46,563 bases of DNA, from positions 1 to 46,563 of the IMG/VR virus record IMGVR_UViG_2861038214_000001; one strand, written 5' to 3'. A program made the translations under genes and the position numbers. Shown here piece after piece: positions 38,421-46,563 of the stretch; the first letter of the stretch is position 1; each line of letters begins with the position of its first letter. Source of the DNA: a virus (Duplodnaviria; Heunggongvirae; Uroviricota; Caudoviricetes). Below the pieces are notes generated by a model. The model made no database searches. It was given only the letters and a program-made list of their open reading frames with translations, and was not told where the DNA came from.

Positions 38421-38447
38421 AGCACAGTTCCTGTGGTGTAGAATTTA
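38416..38447 (+). promoter_or_regulatory. candidate sigma70 promoter (TTGATT … TGTAGAAT) flanked by 8-bp inverted repeat CTGTGGTG/CACCACAG
   Basis: hexamers and inverted repeat seen directly upstream of the moron ORF. Confidence 0.35.
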
Positions 38448-38478
38448 TCGCATCCACCACAGCAAGGTTATCATTAAA

Positions 38479-39180
38479 ATGAAAAAATTGGCCCTTCTCG
38501 GATTATTGTCAGTTTCACTATGCACGGGTACTTCCCTTGCAGCTTCATTTGATTGCTCTAAAGCAAAAAGCTTTGCTGAGAAAACAATATGTGAGAACCC
38601 TAAGCTTTCAAAGGATGATGATGACTTAAAATATTTATATGCAAACGCTAAGGCATACACCAAAGACCGGAAGGCGTTTTCTGAGATAACTAAAGCTCTT
38701 TTGGATTCAAGAGAGCGTTGCAGTGATCTCAAGTGTGTTGATGAATGGTATGATACTGCGTTCGCAATTTACGGTGCCATAAAGGAAACTGGCATACCAG
38801 AAACCAATGGCGTAAATGATATATTAAAGAATGAAGGTGCAACAAAACCTTCAGAAATTAAAGAAAAACCCACTGAGATTACAACGCCATCAGCCAAGAA
38901 GCCGAAGGAAAGCAAAAAAGATTTTAGCTTGTACGATTCAAAGGACAGAGCCGCTCCAGTTGAACATAACGCAATATTATACAAAGACACTCCAGAGGCA
39001 TTCGAGTTTATAGATACACTTGTTGGGTTTGTCAGACAAAGCTCTTACAAATGTGACTCTGTTAGCTCTTTCATACCGATGGTTTCATCGAATGGCTTTA
39101 CGCTCGCATGTAATAAATTTAGCTACAAATATGAAATTAAAAATAACGGCGGAAATGTCTCTGTTTCTGTAGATAATTAG
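38479..39180 (+). CDS. secreted DUF1311 (LprI-like N-domain) protein, AT-rich moron
   Basis: ORF track 38413..39180 trimmed to signal peptide MKKLALLGLLSVSLCTGTSLAAS; paired Cys pattern typical of DUF1311; low GC; own terminator. Confidence 0.65.
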   Translation: MKKLALLGLLSVSLCTGTSLAASFDCSKAKSFAEKTICENPKLSKDDDDLKYLYANAKAYTKDRKAFSEITKALLDSRERCSDLKCVDEWYDTAFAIYGAIKETGIPETNGVNDILKNEGATKPSEIKEKPTEITTPSAKKPKESKKDFSLYDSKDRAAPVEHNAILYKDTPEAFEFIDTLVGFVRQSSYKCDSVSSFIPMVSSNGFTLACNKFSYKYEIKNNGGNVSVSVDN

Positions 39181-39229
39181 ATCAAAGCCCACGCCAGTGG
39201 GATTTCATAAATAACACATTGATAACATC

Positions 39230-39254
39230 AAACCCGCTTCGGCGGGTTTTTTTT
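39230..39254 (+). terminator. intrinsic terminator (AAACCCGC-TTCG-GCGGG + T8)
   Basis: seen in sequence after moron. Confidence 0.7.
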
Positions 39255-39275
39255 ATGCCTAAATCCGGAGGAGAC

Positions 39276-41423
39276 ATGGCACTAACCCTTTTGGCTACAA
39301 ACAACGCAGAAAGCACGCTGGCTTCTGCTATCAGCGCAACCGACACGTCGCTGATCGTTAGCGCTGGAACTGGTGCCGAGTTCCCTGATGCTGTGGCAGG
39401 CGAGAGTTATTTTAAGCTCACTCTCACCGATGCCGCCACCGGCTCACAGGTTGAGATCGTGAACGTGACAGCTAAGGCTGGAGACATCTTCACGATTGAG
39501 CGTGCGCAGGAAGGAACGCTGGCGCGTGCGTGGGCGGCCAATGATATGGTTGCCAACATGATGACGGCGGACACGCTGAACATTATCGCTCAATATTCCC
39601 AGCAGGCAGCTGCATCAGCAGCACTGGCTGAAGAGTATGCAGATAACGCTTCTGACTACGCACAGAATAAGTTCACGTTCTATAAGACTGCCAGCGATCC
39701 TGATGGCACCATCGCAGGGCTGGCAGCAACTACTGACGGCCAGTCTTTCTGGGTAGCCCAGGGTCCGGATGCGCTTTCTTCTGCATGGCAGTATCAAAAC
39801 AAAGCAGGCGTGGCCGTATTGCAGGCGAAGCAGCCGGGTACAGCGGCCATAACAGGGACAACCCGCGAGTTTCCGACGCTGGCTGCGGCACAGGCTGATG
39901 CTGACGCAGGGAATATACAACCAGGAGCGAAATGCTGGGTGACAAGCGCGGATGATAGCTCTCTTGCAAATGAATATATAAACAACTCCGGAACTTTGCA
40001 GCCTACAGGAGTAATCTCTCCTTCTTCAAAAACAATCGATAATAAAATTAATGAACGCCTCGTCCCAGGTGAATACAGGCCTGGTTATTTCCCGGCCTTC
40101 TTTGACAGGAATGGTATGGTGCCAGCATGGTTTGATGGCGGCAAATTTGATGTGGCAGGACTGGGGCCAAATGTTACACAGGTTGTTTCTGAAATTCCAA
40201 ACGAATGGGCCCAGAAGTTTATCCCGCAAGGAGACTTTTCACCTTATTACTTTCCTTTTTTATATGACCAACAAGGGAACGTATATGCTTGGTTTAATGG
40301 TGGGCTATTCGATGCTCCAGGTCTTGGCCCGGTATTGCAGGAATATGTCAAAAACCTGGTGTCTGGTGGGGAAGTTGATGCGGTACGTTCCTTCATCGAA
40401 GGAGATCAGTACAAGTTCCTTTTCAAAAATAGCCGTATTTTTGCTGGCCAGTCTACCAGCCTAAACATTGCTTTTACCGGCGATTCGTGGACAGAGAAAA
40501 ACACCATTCCTCAGTCTTTAATTAATATTCTTGGTGGTACATACAAAGACCCTGGGTGGATTAGTTGTTCAAACAGAACAGATGGTGTCATGTCTGGAAT
40601 ATCACCAGTAACCGCAACAAACTTTACGAAATATGACGGTGGCAGCAATAACACGAACATTCCGCCGTATGGCTGTGGCCCTGATGGCAACGGATACTAC
40701 AACAACAACACTGTTGGTTCGCTCGTATGGACGGGCGTGACCGTAACAAATCTTTCGGTATTTTACTATGATGGGTCTGGAACGTTCACCATCACCATCG
40801 ACAGCAATGCACCTGTAACAATCACGGGAGGGAATACAGGGACTGCCAAGAAGTATGATTTCAGCGGACTTAGCGCTACTGCACATACGGTGACAATCCA
40901 AAGCACCGGTACTGGTGTTGTTTCCATTCTTGGTATGTATGGTAAAAATAACTCAATATCATCAGGGGTGACTGTATCCAGGATGGGTAATGGAGGAGCA
41001 TTTGCAAGTGACTATTTCAACTTTTCATCATGGATAAAGCCAGTAGCTCAATACCTTGATATAGACCTCCTTTTTATTATTCTTGGAACGAATGACTTCC
41101 GGATGAGTCAGGGGCTAGCTGAGTACAAATCTGGGATTATTGAAATAATTACTAAATATAGAAGCGCAACTCCTGATATTTGCATTTGCCTTATGTCCCC
41201 TGCACAGTGTAACGCCACAGGAACACCCGCACTGTCAGAATACGATAAAGCAATGAGGGAAATAGCGGTTGAATATAATGTAAATTTCATTAGTGGTTAT
41301 CAATTATTCCCCAAAGTGTATAGCAGTTCAGGAGGTGCGTGGGAAGATGCCTTGCATCTTAGCGCCTTGGGCGCATATGTACTAACGAGAAAGATCAAAA
41401 AAGAATTTTTCCTGGGAGCTTAA
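39276..41423 (+). CDS. tailspike/tail fiber with conserved N-terminal anchor domain and C-terminal SGNH/GDSL esterase domain
   Basis: ORF track 39219..41423 trimmed to ATG after GGAGGAG SD; GDS motif (IAFTGDSWTE) and DxxH (WEDALHL) near C-terminus. Confidence 0.75.
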   Translation: MALTLLATNNAESTLASAISATDTSLIVSAGTGAEFPDAVAGESYFKLTLTDAATGSQVEIVNVTAKAGDIFTIERAQEGTLARAWAANDMVANMMTADTLNIIAQYSQQAAASAALAEEYADNASDYAQNKFTFYKTASDPDGTIAGLAATTDGQSFWVAQGPDALSSAWQYQNKAGVAVLQAKQPGTAAITGTTREFPTLAAAQADADAGNIQPGAKCWVTSADDSSLANEYINNSGTLQPTGVISPSSKTIDNKINERLVPGEYRPGYFPAFFDRNGMVPAWFDGGKFDVAGLGPNVTQVVSEIPNEWAQKFIPQGDFSPYYFPFLYDQQGNVYAWFNGGLFDAPGLGPVLQEYVKNLVSGGEVDAVRSFIEGDQYKFLFKNSRIFAGQSTSLNIAFTGDSWTEKNTIPQSLINILGGTYKDPGWISCSNRTDGVMSGISPVTATNFTKYDGGSNNTNIPPYGCGPDGNGYYNNNTVGSLVWTGVTVTNLSVFYYDGSGTFTITIDSNAPVTITGGNTGTAKKYDFSGLSATAHTVTIQSTGTGVVSILGMYGKNNSISSGVTVSRMGNGGAFASDYFNFSSWIKPVAQYLDIDLLFIILGTNDFRMSQGLAEYKSGIIEIITKYRSATPDICICLMSPAQCNATGTPALSEYDKAMREIAVEYNVNFISGYQLFPKVYSSSGGAWEDALHLSALGAYVLTRKIKKEFFLGA

Positions 41424-41425
41424 TA

Positions 41426-42175
41426 ATGCCGATATCAGCTATTTATATAGACGCCACTCTTCCAGTTATCTCTGGAATGAAAACTTTATCTGACTTTGAT
41501 GTGTCAAACTGGTTTATTGGCCTGCCAACCACAGGTGCAACTCCTTATGCTGGTTTCTATTTCGGGGACCCGGTAACAGATATTACTTACGACTCATACG
41601 ATCAAAATAACCCGGCGGTGATTAACGGGACAGTGAATAACACTGGCGGGTTTATTACCGTTAATCCTAGTAACTATCTGGATACAAGGAAGAAAGCAAC
41701 ACTTAGTGTTACCATTTGCGGAGTGGTAAAAAGGAATGCCGCAGCTGGACTGAACTCTCATATGATTGCGGATTATGCAGGAAGCGGCTCTACGGCCAGT
41801 GGCTTTTCTATAGGCTTTGACACCACCGGGCGATTGTTCTGTGTAGCTCAAAATACCGGGCAGTCTGCTGTGTATGCTTATGCTGATTTTCCTTCATCGA
41901 TAGCTGCAGGAAGTCTATTTGCTTTTGTGGCCACTGTTAATCAGGGAGTGGTGGCAATCGATATTTTCAACGCCGCGACCTCCACACTGGTGTCAGCGAC
42001 ATCAACCCTGCCAGGGACAAGGGTTGCTGGCACAAATAACGTACTGATGGGTAGAAAGGTGGATAACAACGTAGAAACATCCAGCAAGTATATTAAGTCA
42101 ACATTGCTAATGAACGGCTCTTTAACTTCTGCTGAAAAAATATCTGTCTCTCAATTTTTACTGGCGATGCAATAA
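41426..42175 (+). CDS. hypothetical protein (249 aa) downstream of tailspike
   Basis: ORF track; Thr/Gly/Asn-rich; possible lectin-like beta-sandwich (weak). Confidence 0.5.
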   Translation: MPISAIYIDATLPVISGMKTLSDFDVSNWFIGLPTTGATPYAGFYFGDPVTDITYDSYDQNNPAVINGTVNNTGGFITVNPSNYLDTRKKATLSVTICGVVKRNAAAGLNSHMIADYAGSGSTASGFSIGFDTTGRLFCVAQNTGQSAVYAYADFPSSIAAGSLFAFVATVNQGVVAIDIFNAATSTLVSATSTLPGTRVAGTNNVLMGRKVDNNVETSSKYIKSTLLMNGSLTSAEKISVSQFLLAMQ

Positions 42176-42179
42176 AGGT

Positions 42180-42419
42180 CTATGCTCTCAGATGTTTGAC
42201 GCATAAGAAGAATTGCAACTTACCACCATCAGTAAGCTCCACCATTATCGTGTTAGTGCCATCTGAAATTTCAGTCCATCCATGTGACTGTAGGACCTCG
42301 TAGTCGATCCCAGGCTTGCTGAGCTTGAGGCCCAGGCCATCGGATTTACGTAGTATTCTGCGAACAAGAGTGTCACTTTTTGTACTCATTTTGGTGGCGG
42401 AGTGTCTTGGATAAAACAT
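42180..42419 (-). CDS. small basic hypothetical protein (70-79 aa), divergent from LexA-box operon
   Basis: ORF track; no convincing SD at either candidate start. Confidence 0.3.
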   Translation of the reverse strand: MFYPRHSATKMSTKSDTLVRRILRKSDGLGLKLSKPGIDYEVLQSHGWTEISDGTNTIMVELTDGGKLQFFLCVKHLRA

Positions 42420-42517
42420 GTATTGATATCAATTATTTGTGTGAAAAGCAATTTAAGAGGCTACCGGAAGATAAAACAAAGTCATCATCAAGTATTGATC
42501 CGACTCTTTGATGAAAC

Positions 42518-42537
42518 TACTGTATATAAAAACAGTA
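42518..42537 (+). promoter_or_regulatory. LexA (SOS) box TACTGTATATAAAAACAGTA
   Basis: perfect CTGT-N8-ACAG with AT-rich spacer, about 18 nt upstream of the 42555 ATG. Confidence 0.7.
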
Positions 42538-42554
42538 TCAATCAGAGGCAGATC

Positions 42555-42794
42555 ATGCACCGTCAGTCAGACATCGCCGCGGCTTTCCGCGAGTCCATTT
42601 TGCGCAGTTCCAAGGGGTTCCAGTACCTTCACACCCGAGACTTCGTTACCGCACTGCTCCTGCGCGGCATCCACTTATCCGAGGTGGAGGCGAACTCCTG
42701 GATCGCACGCGAGCAGACGTATTTCGTCGATAAGACGCCGGACCATAGCGAAAACAGGCTGTGGATGATGGCCAACATGGGGAGGGTTCTGTAA
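42555..42794 (+). CDS. hypothetical protein (79 aa), first gene of LexA-box operon
   Basis: ORF track 42402..42794 trimmed to ATG with AGAGG SD. Confidence 0.55.
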   Translation: MHRQSDIAAAFRESILRSSKGFQYLHTRDFVTALLLRGIHLSEVEANSWIAREQTYFVDKTPDHSENRLWMMANMGRVL

Positions 42795-43111
42795 TGGGCT
42801 TTCCATCACCCGCGACGGACTACACGGAACAGCGATTAACGGTTAACTCGATCTGCAATGTCGGGCCAAATACGCGCCTCTTCGAGCGATCAGGCGGTTA
42901 TGTTGTGCTGGATATCTCCCTGAAGCCATCACAAGGCAGTCAGGTTCTGATCCAGCACGGAGGCGGGACAGAGCTTGCCACGCTGAGAGGAAGGTCGCTG
43001 ATTACCGAAGATGGCGAGGCGATCGAGGGCGAAGCCCTGGACGATGTTGCGGTCATCGGGGTCGTGACATTTACTATCTGCGATGTTCGCTCTGATAATT
43101 CTATTATTTAA
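42794..43111 (+). CDS. UmuD'-like (S24 peptidase-fold) protein lacking N-terminal arm and catalytic Ser/Lys (105 aa)
   Basis: ORF track 42761..43111 trimmed to ATG (TAATG overlap, GGGGAGGG SD); GFPSPATDYTEQR aligns to UmuD GFPSPAADYVEQR; SGGYV replaces SGDSM. Confidence 0.6.
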   Translation: MGFPSPATDYTEQRLTVNSICNVGPNTRLFERSGGYVVLDISLKPSQGSQVLIQHGGGTELATLRGRSLITEDGEAIEGEALDDVAVIGVVTFTICDVRSDNSII

Positions 43112-43122
43112 CTGGGGTATAT

Positions 43123-44154
43123 ATGGCGCTGAAGCTATTAGCCAATAATAACGCAAAGAGTGTGCTCGCTGCGGGTATTAGCGCGTCCGCTACCGTTATT
43201 ACCGTGGGTACTGGAGCGGGGTCATTATTCCCTTCCCCTGTATCTGGGCAGAGTTATTTCAAATTAACGATAACCGACGCGGCCACGAAAACAATTTCTG
43301 AAATTATGCACGTCACGTCTGTATCCGGTGACGTGATGACAGTAATTCGTGGTCAGGAAGGAACTACGGCACGCGTATGGTCAACGAATGACATTGTCGC
43401 GAATTTAATGACCGCCGGATCATTGTTATCATTCCTGCAGATCAGCAATAACCTGTCAGAAATTAAAGATGCCGGTGAGGATGCGATAAATGAAGCCCGT
43501 TATAACCTCGGAATATCTGATTCCTCTGGTTTTGTCGGGCGTTCACTTGGCGCTCCAAAAGCTTTCTATGCAAACGGAACCTATACGCGATCTCCTCTGG
43601 CCCGTTATGCAAAAGTAACGTTGACCGGTGCCGGTGGCGGCGGTGGCGGCTGCCAGGCCTCCAACAATACAGAAACCTTCTCCGGTGCTGGCGGCGGCGC
43701 GGGCGCGACCATTATCGTATGGGTTGACCTGTCTGCTGCCAGTTCTTACGCGATTACTGTCGGCAAGGGTGGTAAGGGCGGAGTTGGCGCAGTAAGTGGT
43801 GCGGATGGTGGTGCTACCTCGTTTGCCAGCCTGTTCTCAGCTCCTGGCGGGAAAGGCGGCGTGAAGTCAGGCGTGTCCAATACCGCCGGCGGCGCCGGAG
43901 GTACGGCGGCGACCGGAGATATCAGGATCAACGGTGGTACCGGCTCAGATGGACAGACAGGCTCAAGCCTTCTGACGGGCAACGGCGGGGCGTCGTATTT
44001 TGGCGGCGGTGGCCGGGCGGGTTCTCAGGCCGGTATTGCTGGCGCAGCTCCCGGATCCGGTGGTGGTGGCGCGTATGACCTCGGGTTTACCGGTACGGCA
44101 TTTACCGGTGGTGATGGTGCTACTGGCATGGCGATCGTGGAAGAATTCGCGTAA
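43123..44154 (+). CDS. second tail fiber/receptor-binding protein: same N-terminal anchor domain, Gly-rich C-terminal domain
   Basis: ORF track; N-terminal about 100 aa align with the 39276 protein. Confidence 0.7.
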   Translation: MALKLLANNNAKSVLAAGISASATVITVGTGAGSLFPSPVSGQSYFKLTITDAATKTISEIMHVTSVSGDVMTVIRGQEGTTARVWSTNDIVANLMTAGSLLSFLQISNNLSEIKDAGEDAINEARYNLGISDSSGFVGRSLGAPKAFYANGTYTRSPLARYAKVTLTGAGGGGGGCQASNNTETFSGAGGGAGATIIVWVDLSAASSYAITVGKGGKGGVGAVSGADGGATSFASLFSAPGGKGGVKSGVSNTAGGAGGTAATGDIRINGGTGSDGQTGSSLLTGNGGASYFGGGGRAGSQAGIAGAAPGSGGGGAYDLGFTGTAFTGGDGATGMAIVEEFA

Positions 44155-44158
44155 TGGC

Positions 44159-45316
44159 TTACACTCCTGCACGACCATCGATGTAATCAGCCCACCACTG
44201 CATCATTTCTCTGCGCTTATCGAGATACTGCGCATGGTTGTAAATACCGCGCACAGATCCGCCGTTGGCATGTGCCAGTTGCACTTCAATAGCGTCAGCA
44301 GGCCATTCGTGCTCGTTCATAATTGTGCTGAATTCATGCCTGAATCCGTGACCGCTTTCCAGACCCTCATAGCCGATTTGTTTGATCACAAGCAATACCG
44401 CGTTCTCGCAGATTGGCTTCTTCTTATCGTTGCGACCGGCAAAAACAAACTCTGATACTGGTTTAGTGATTGAGCTTAGCGTAGTGAGAAGTTCAACCAC
44501 CTGGTCTGACATAGGAACCACATGAATTTTGCGACCCTTCATCACACTGGCGTCGATGGTGATAATCCTGTTTTCAAAATCGACGTTCTTCCATTGCATG
44601 GAACGAAGCTCTTTCGTTCTTAGGGCTGTATAGCGTAAAACCTTGGTCGCAATGAGCGATACGATGCTTCCTGAAAATGTTGCCAGTGCTTTGTTAAATG
44701 CCGGGATCTGGTCTGCAGGAAGAAACGGGAAGTTTTTCTTGCGGTATCCCTTCATGGCGTCAGCAAGGTCAGGTGCCGGGTTATATTTAGCCCTACCAGT
44801 GACAATAGCGTAACGGAAAACCTCGCCACATCTTCTGCGGGCTTTGTTGGCTCGCTCCATTGCACCGCGATCTTCAAATCTGCGGATTACTTCCAGCAGT
44901 TGCATCGGCTCAATATCCAGAATCTCGAGACCGCCGATGATGGGTAAAATGTCGTCATCAAACATTTTGGCAAGTTCAGTCGCATACCCTACAGACCACA
45001 CTTGCTTCTTGTGCTCGTACCATTCCTTGTAAATGGCACTAAAGGAGTTGTTGTTAGACGAAGCCTTTTTCGCTTTTACCGGATCTATGCCAACCGAGAT
45101 GTCTTTCCTCGCAGTCCATGCTTTATCCCTTGCCTCCTGCAAAGTCATAAGCGGATATTTTCCGACAGTCAGGATTTTCTCCTTACCGTCAATCTTGTAG
45201 CGAAGCTGCCATACCTTTTTCCCTGACACAGGGACATAAAGGTACAGGCCATTACCATCGAGAAGGCGGTATGGTTTTTCTTTCGGCTTTGCTGCTTCAA
45301 TCTGCTTAACGGTGAG
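44159..45316 (-). CDS. intS: tyrosine integrase, P4-type (IntS-like, 385 aa from MLTVKQ…)
   Basis: ORF track 44159..45355; DUF4102 arm-binding N-domain; catalytic R…HxxR…Y region; start chosen at internal ATG by analogy to IntS (GTG at 45355 is the alternative). Confidence 0.85.
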   Translation of the reverse strand, partial: LTVKQIEAAKPKEKPYRLLDGNGLYLYVPVSGKKVWQLRYKIDGKEKILTVGKYPLMTLQEARDKAWTARKDISVGIDPVKAKKASSNNNSFSAIYKEWYEHKKQVWSVGYATELAKMFDDDILPIIGGLEILDIEPMQLLEVIRRFEDRGAMERANKARRRCGEVFRYAIVTGRAKYNPAPDLADAMKGYRKKNFPFLPADQIPAFNKALATFSGSIVSLIATKVLRYTALRTKELRSMQWKNVDFENRIITIDASVMKGRKIHVVPMSDQVVELLTTLSSITKPVSEFVFAGRNDKKKPICENAVLLVIKQIGYEGLESGHGFRHEFSTIMNEHEWPADAIEVQLAHANGGSVRGIYNHAQYLDKRREMMQWWADYIDGRAGV

Positions 45317-45480
45317 CATGGGTAAAAATCCGGTGGGTAAAATTATTTTATCCACTTTTTACCCGTCATGGAGTGCGGCTGTCAACGATCTGACGCGAAC
45401 CATTACGAACTGTGAATCTATGGAAGGCTTGCTATTCAGGGGATTTTGCGGACTGGTACGGATGGGAGCGAACTGATAAA
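45317..45480. promoter_or_regulatory. att arm / intS promoter region with GGGTAAAA direct and inverted repeats
   Basis: three GGGTAAAA(A) copies around the int start; candidate integrase arm-type or RDF sites. Confidence 0.4.
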
Positions 45481-45556
45481 TGGTGTCCCCTGCAGGAATC
45501 GAACCTGCAATTAGCCCTTAGGAGGGGCTCGTTATATCCATTTAACTAAGAGGACA
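45481..45556 (-). tRNA. argW: tRNA-Arg (anticodon CCU)
   Basis: minus strand reads GTCCTCTTAGTTAAATGGATATAACGAGCCCCTCCTAAGGGCTAATTGCAGGTTCGATTCCTGCAGGGGACACCA; cloverleaf with CCU anticodon, encoded CCA. Confidence 0.9.
45495..45510. repeat. 16-bp segment of argW T-arm duplicated at 221..236 (candidate att core)
   Basis: exact match seen in sequence. Confidence 0.5.
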
Positions 45557-45630
45557 ATGCGGCATGAGTATACCCGCTAATGGAGTGCGGGGTAAGTACG
45601 CTGCCGCTCGATTGCTTAAACCCTCGCCAT

Positions 45631-46563
45631 TTATGCCGGGTTTTTATAATTTTTCTTAATGTTTTCCGCACGTTCTGCTTTTTGGCGTGCTTCTGCTTTA
45701 CGCTTATTGCTCATGTCGTTACGAATCTGTGCATGACTCATTAACGCGAAGATAAAGGTGCCGCCGCAGATGTTCCCCGCTAAAGTAGGTAGTGCGAAGG
45801 GCCAGATGAAATCGCTCCAGTGCAGCGTACCGTTAAACACCAGATAGAGGATTTCAACAGAACCGACCACGATATGGGTGGTGTCACCCAGGGCAATAAG
45901 CCAGGTCATCAATATAATCACCACAATCTTTGCCGCACCCGCTGCAGGAAACATCCAAACCATAGTGGCGATCAGCCAGCCGGAAATGATCGCGTTGGCA
46001 AACATCTCGCTGGGGGTGTTCTTCATCACATCCATGCCGATTTTGACAAATGCATCGCGAGTTTCTTCATTGAAGATAGGCATATATTCAAATGCCCACG
46101 CCGCAATACCTGTCCCGAGAATATTACCCAGCAGCACGACGCCCCATAACCGTATAAGTAAGCCGACGTTGCTCATTGTCGGTTTTTGCATGACGGGTAG
46201 TACCGCAGTCACGGTATTTTCGGTAAATAATTGCTGGCGGGCCATAATGACGATAATAAAACCAAAGGTATAACCGAGATTCTCCAGCAAGAAGCTGCCC
46301 GGCACACCTTCCAGTTCGACTTGAAATATCCCTTTTGCCAGTAACGAAGCGCCCATCGACAGACCCGCCGCAATGGCTGACCACAGTAGCGCCATTGCGT
46401 CGCGTTCCAGCTCTTTTTCACCATCCTGGCGGATATGCTCATGAATTGCCATCGCCCGGGAGGGGAGTCGGTCTTCATCTATTTCTATTTTTTTGCCGCG
46501 CTCTTTTTCTTCGCTCTCAACTTCAATTTCGTCGCTGTGTTGATCAATTTTGTCGTTGTCCAT
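45631..46563 (-). CDS. yfdC: formate/nitrite transporter (FNT) family inner-membrane protein (host gene)
   Basis: ORF track; multi-TM FNT-like protein; conserved position next to argW in E. coli. Confidence 0.8.
   Translation of the reverse strand: MDNDKIDQHSDEIEVESEEKERGKKIEIDEDRLPSRAMAIHEHIRQDGEKELERDAMALLWSAIAAGLSMGASLLAKGIFQVELEGVPGSFLLENLGYTFGFIIVIMARQQLFTENTVTAVLPVMQKPTMSNVGLLIRLWGVVLLGNILGTGIAAWAFEYMPIFNEETRDAFVKIGMDVMKNTPSEMFANAIISGWLIATMVWMFPAAGAAKIVVIILMTWLIALGDTTHIVVGSVEILYLVFNGTLHWSDFIWPFALPTLAGNICGGTFIFALMSHAQIRNDMSNKRKAEARQKAERAENIKKNYKNPA

Overview
The window is an essentially complete, mosaic lambdoid prophage (about 45.5 kb) integrated next to tRNA-Arg(CCU) (argW) and the host FNT-family transporter gene yfdC. 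It looks like an intact relative of the E. coli KplE1/CPS-53 element: IntS-like integrase at the right end, TorI-like excisionase at the left end. Gene order, right to left on the minus strand then left to right on the plus strand: early-left operon (Ea22/DUF551-type genes, SSB, Erf, Kil-like, CIII-like, phage-21-type N with nutL), a lambda-type RexA/RexB pair, cI; then cro, cII, O-like initiator with internal iterons, DnaB-like helicase, nin genes, Q, lambda-type S/R/Rz/Rz1, terminase, portal, head genes, a contractile-tail-like module (sheath-like, tube-like, tape measure with lytic transglycosylase domain, baseplate) and two receptor-binding proteins. All calls rest on reading the ORF translations and motifs by eye, with family assignments from memory; no database search was run. 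Self-derived coordinates (refined starts, small ORFs, RNA and regulatory sites) are good to about +/-2 nt, because my by-eye position counts disagreed with the ORF track by 1 nt in a few places. The strongest candidates for an undescribed system are: (1) a LexA-box-controlled two-gene cassette encoding a pre-truncated, catalytically dead UmuD'-like protein between the two receptor-binding-protein genes; (2) a canonical NUDIX hydrolase domain fused in frame to the head protease/scaffold-position protein; (3) an AT-rich, terminator-flanked two-gene moron downstream of N; (4) a self-contained moron encoding a secreted DUF1311-like protein inside the tail cluster. No CRISPR array, transposase or rRNA was seen.
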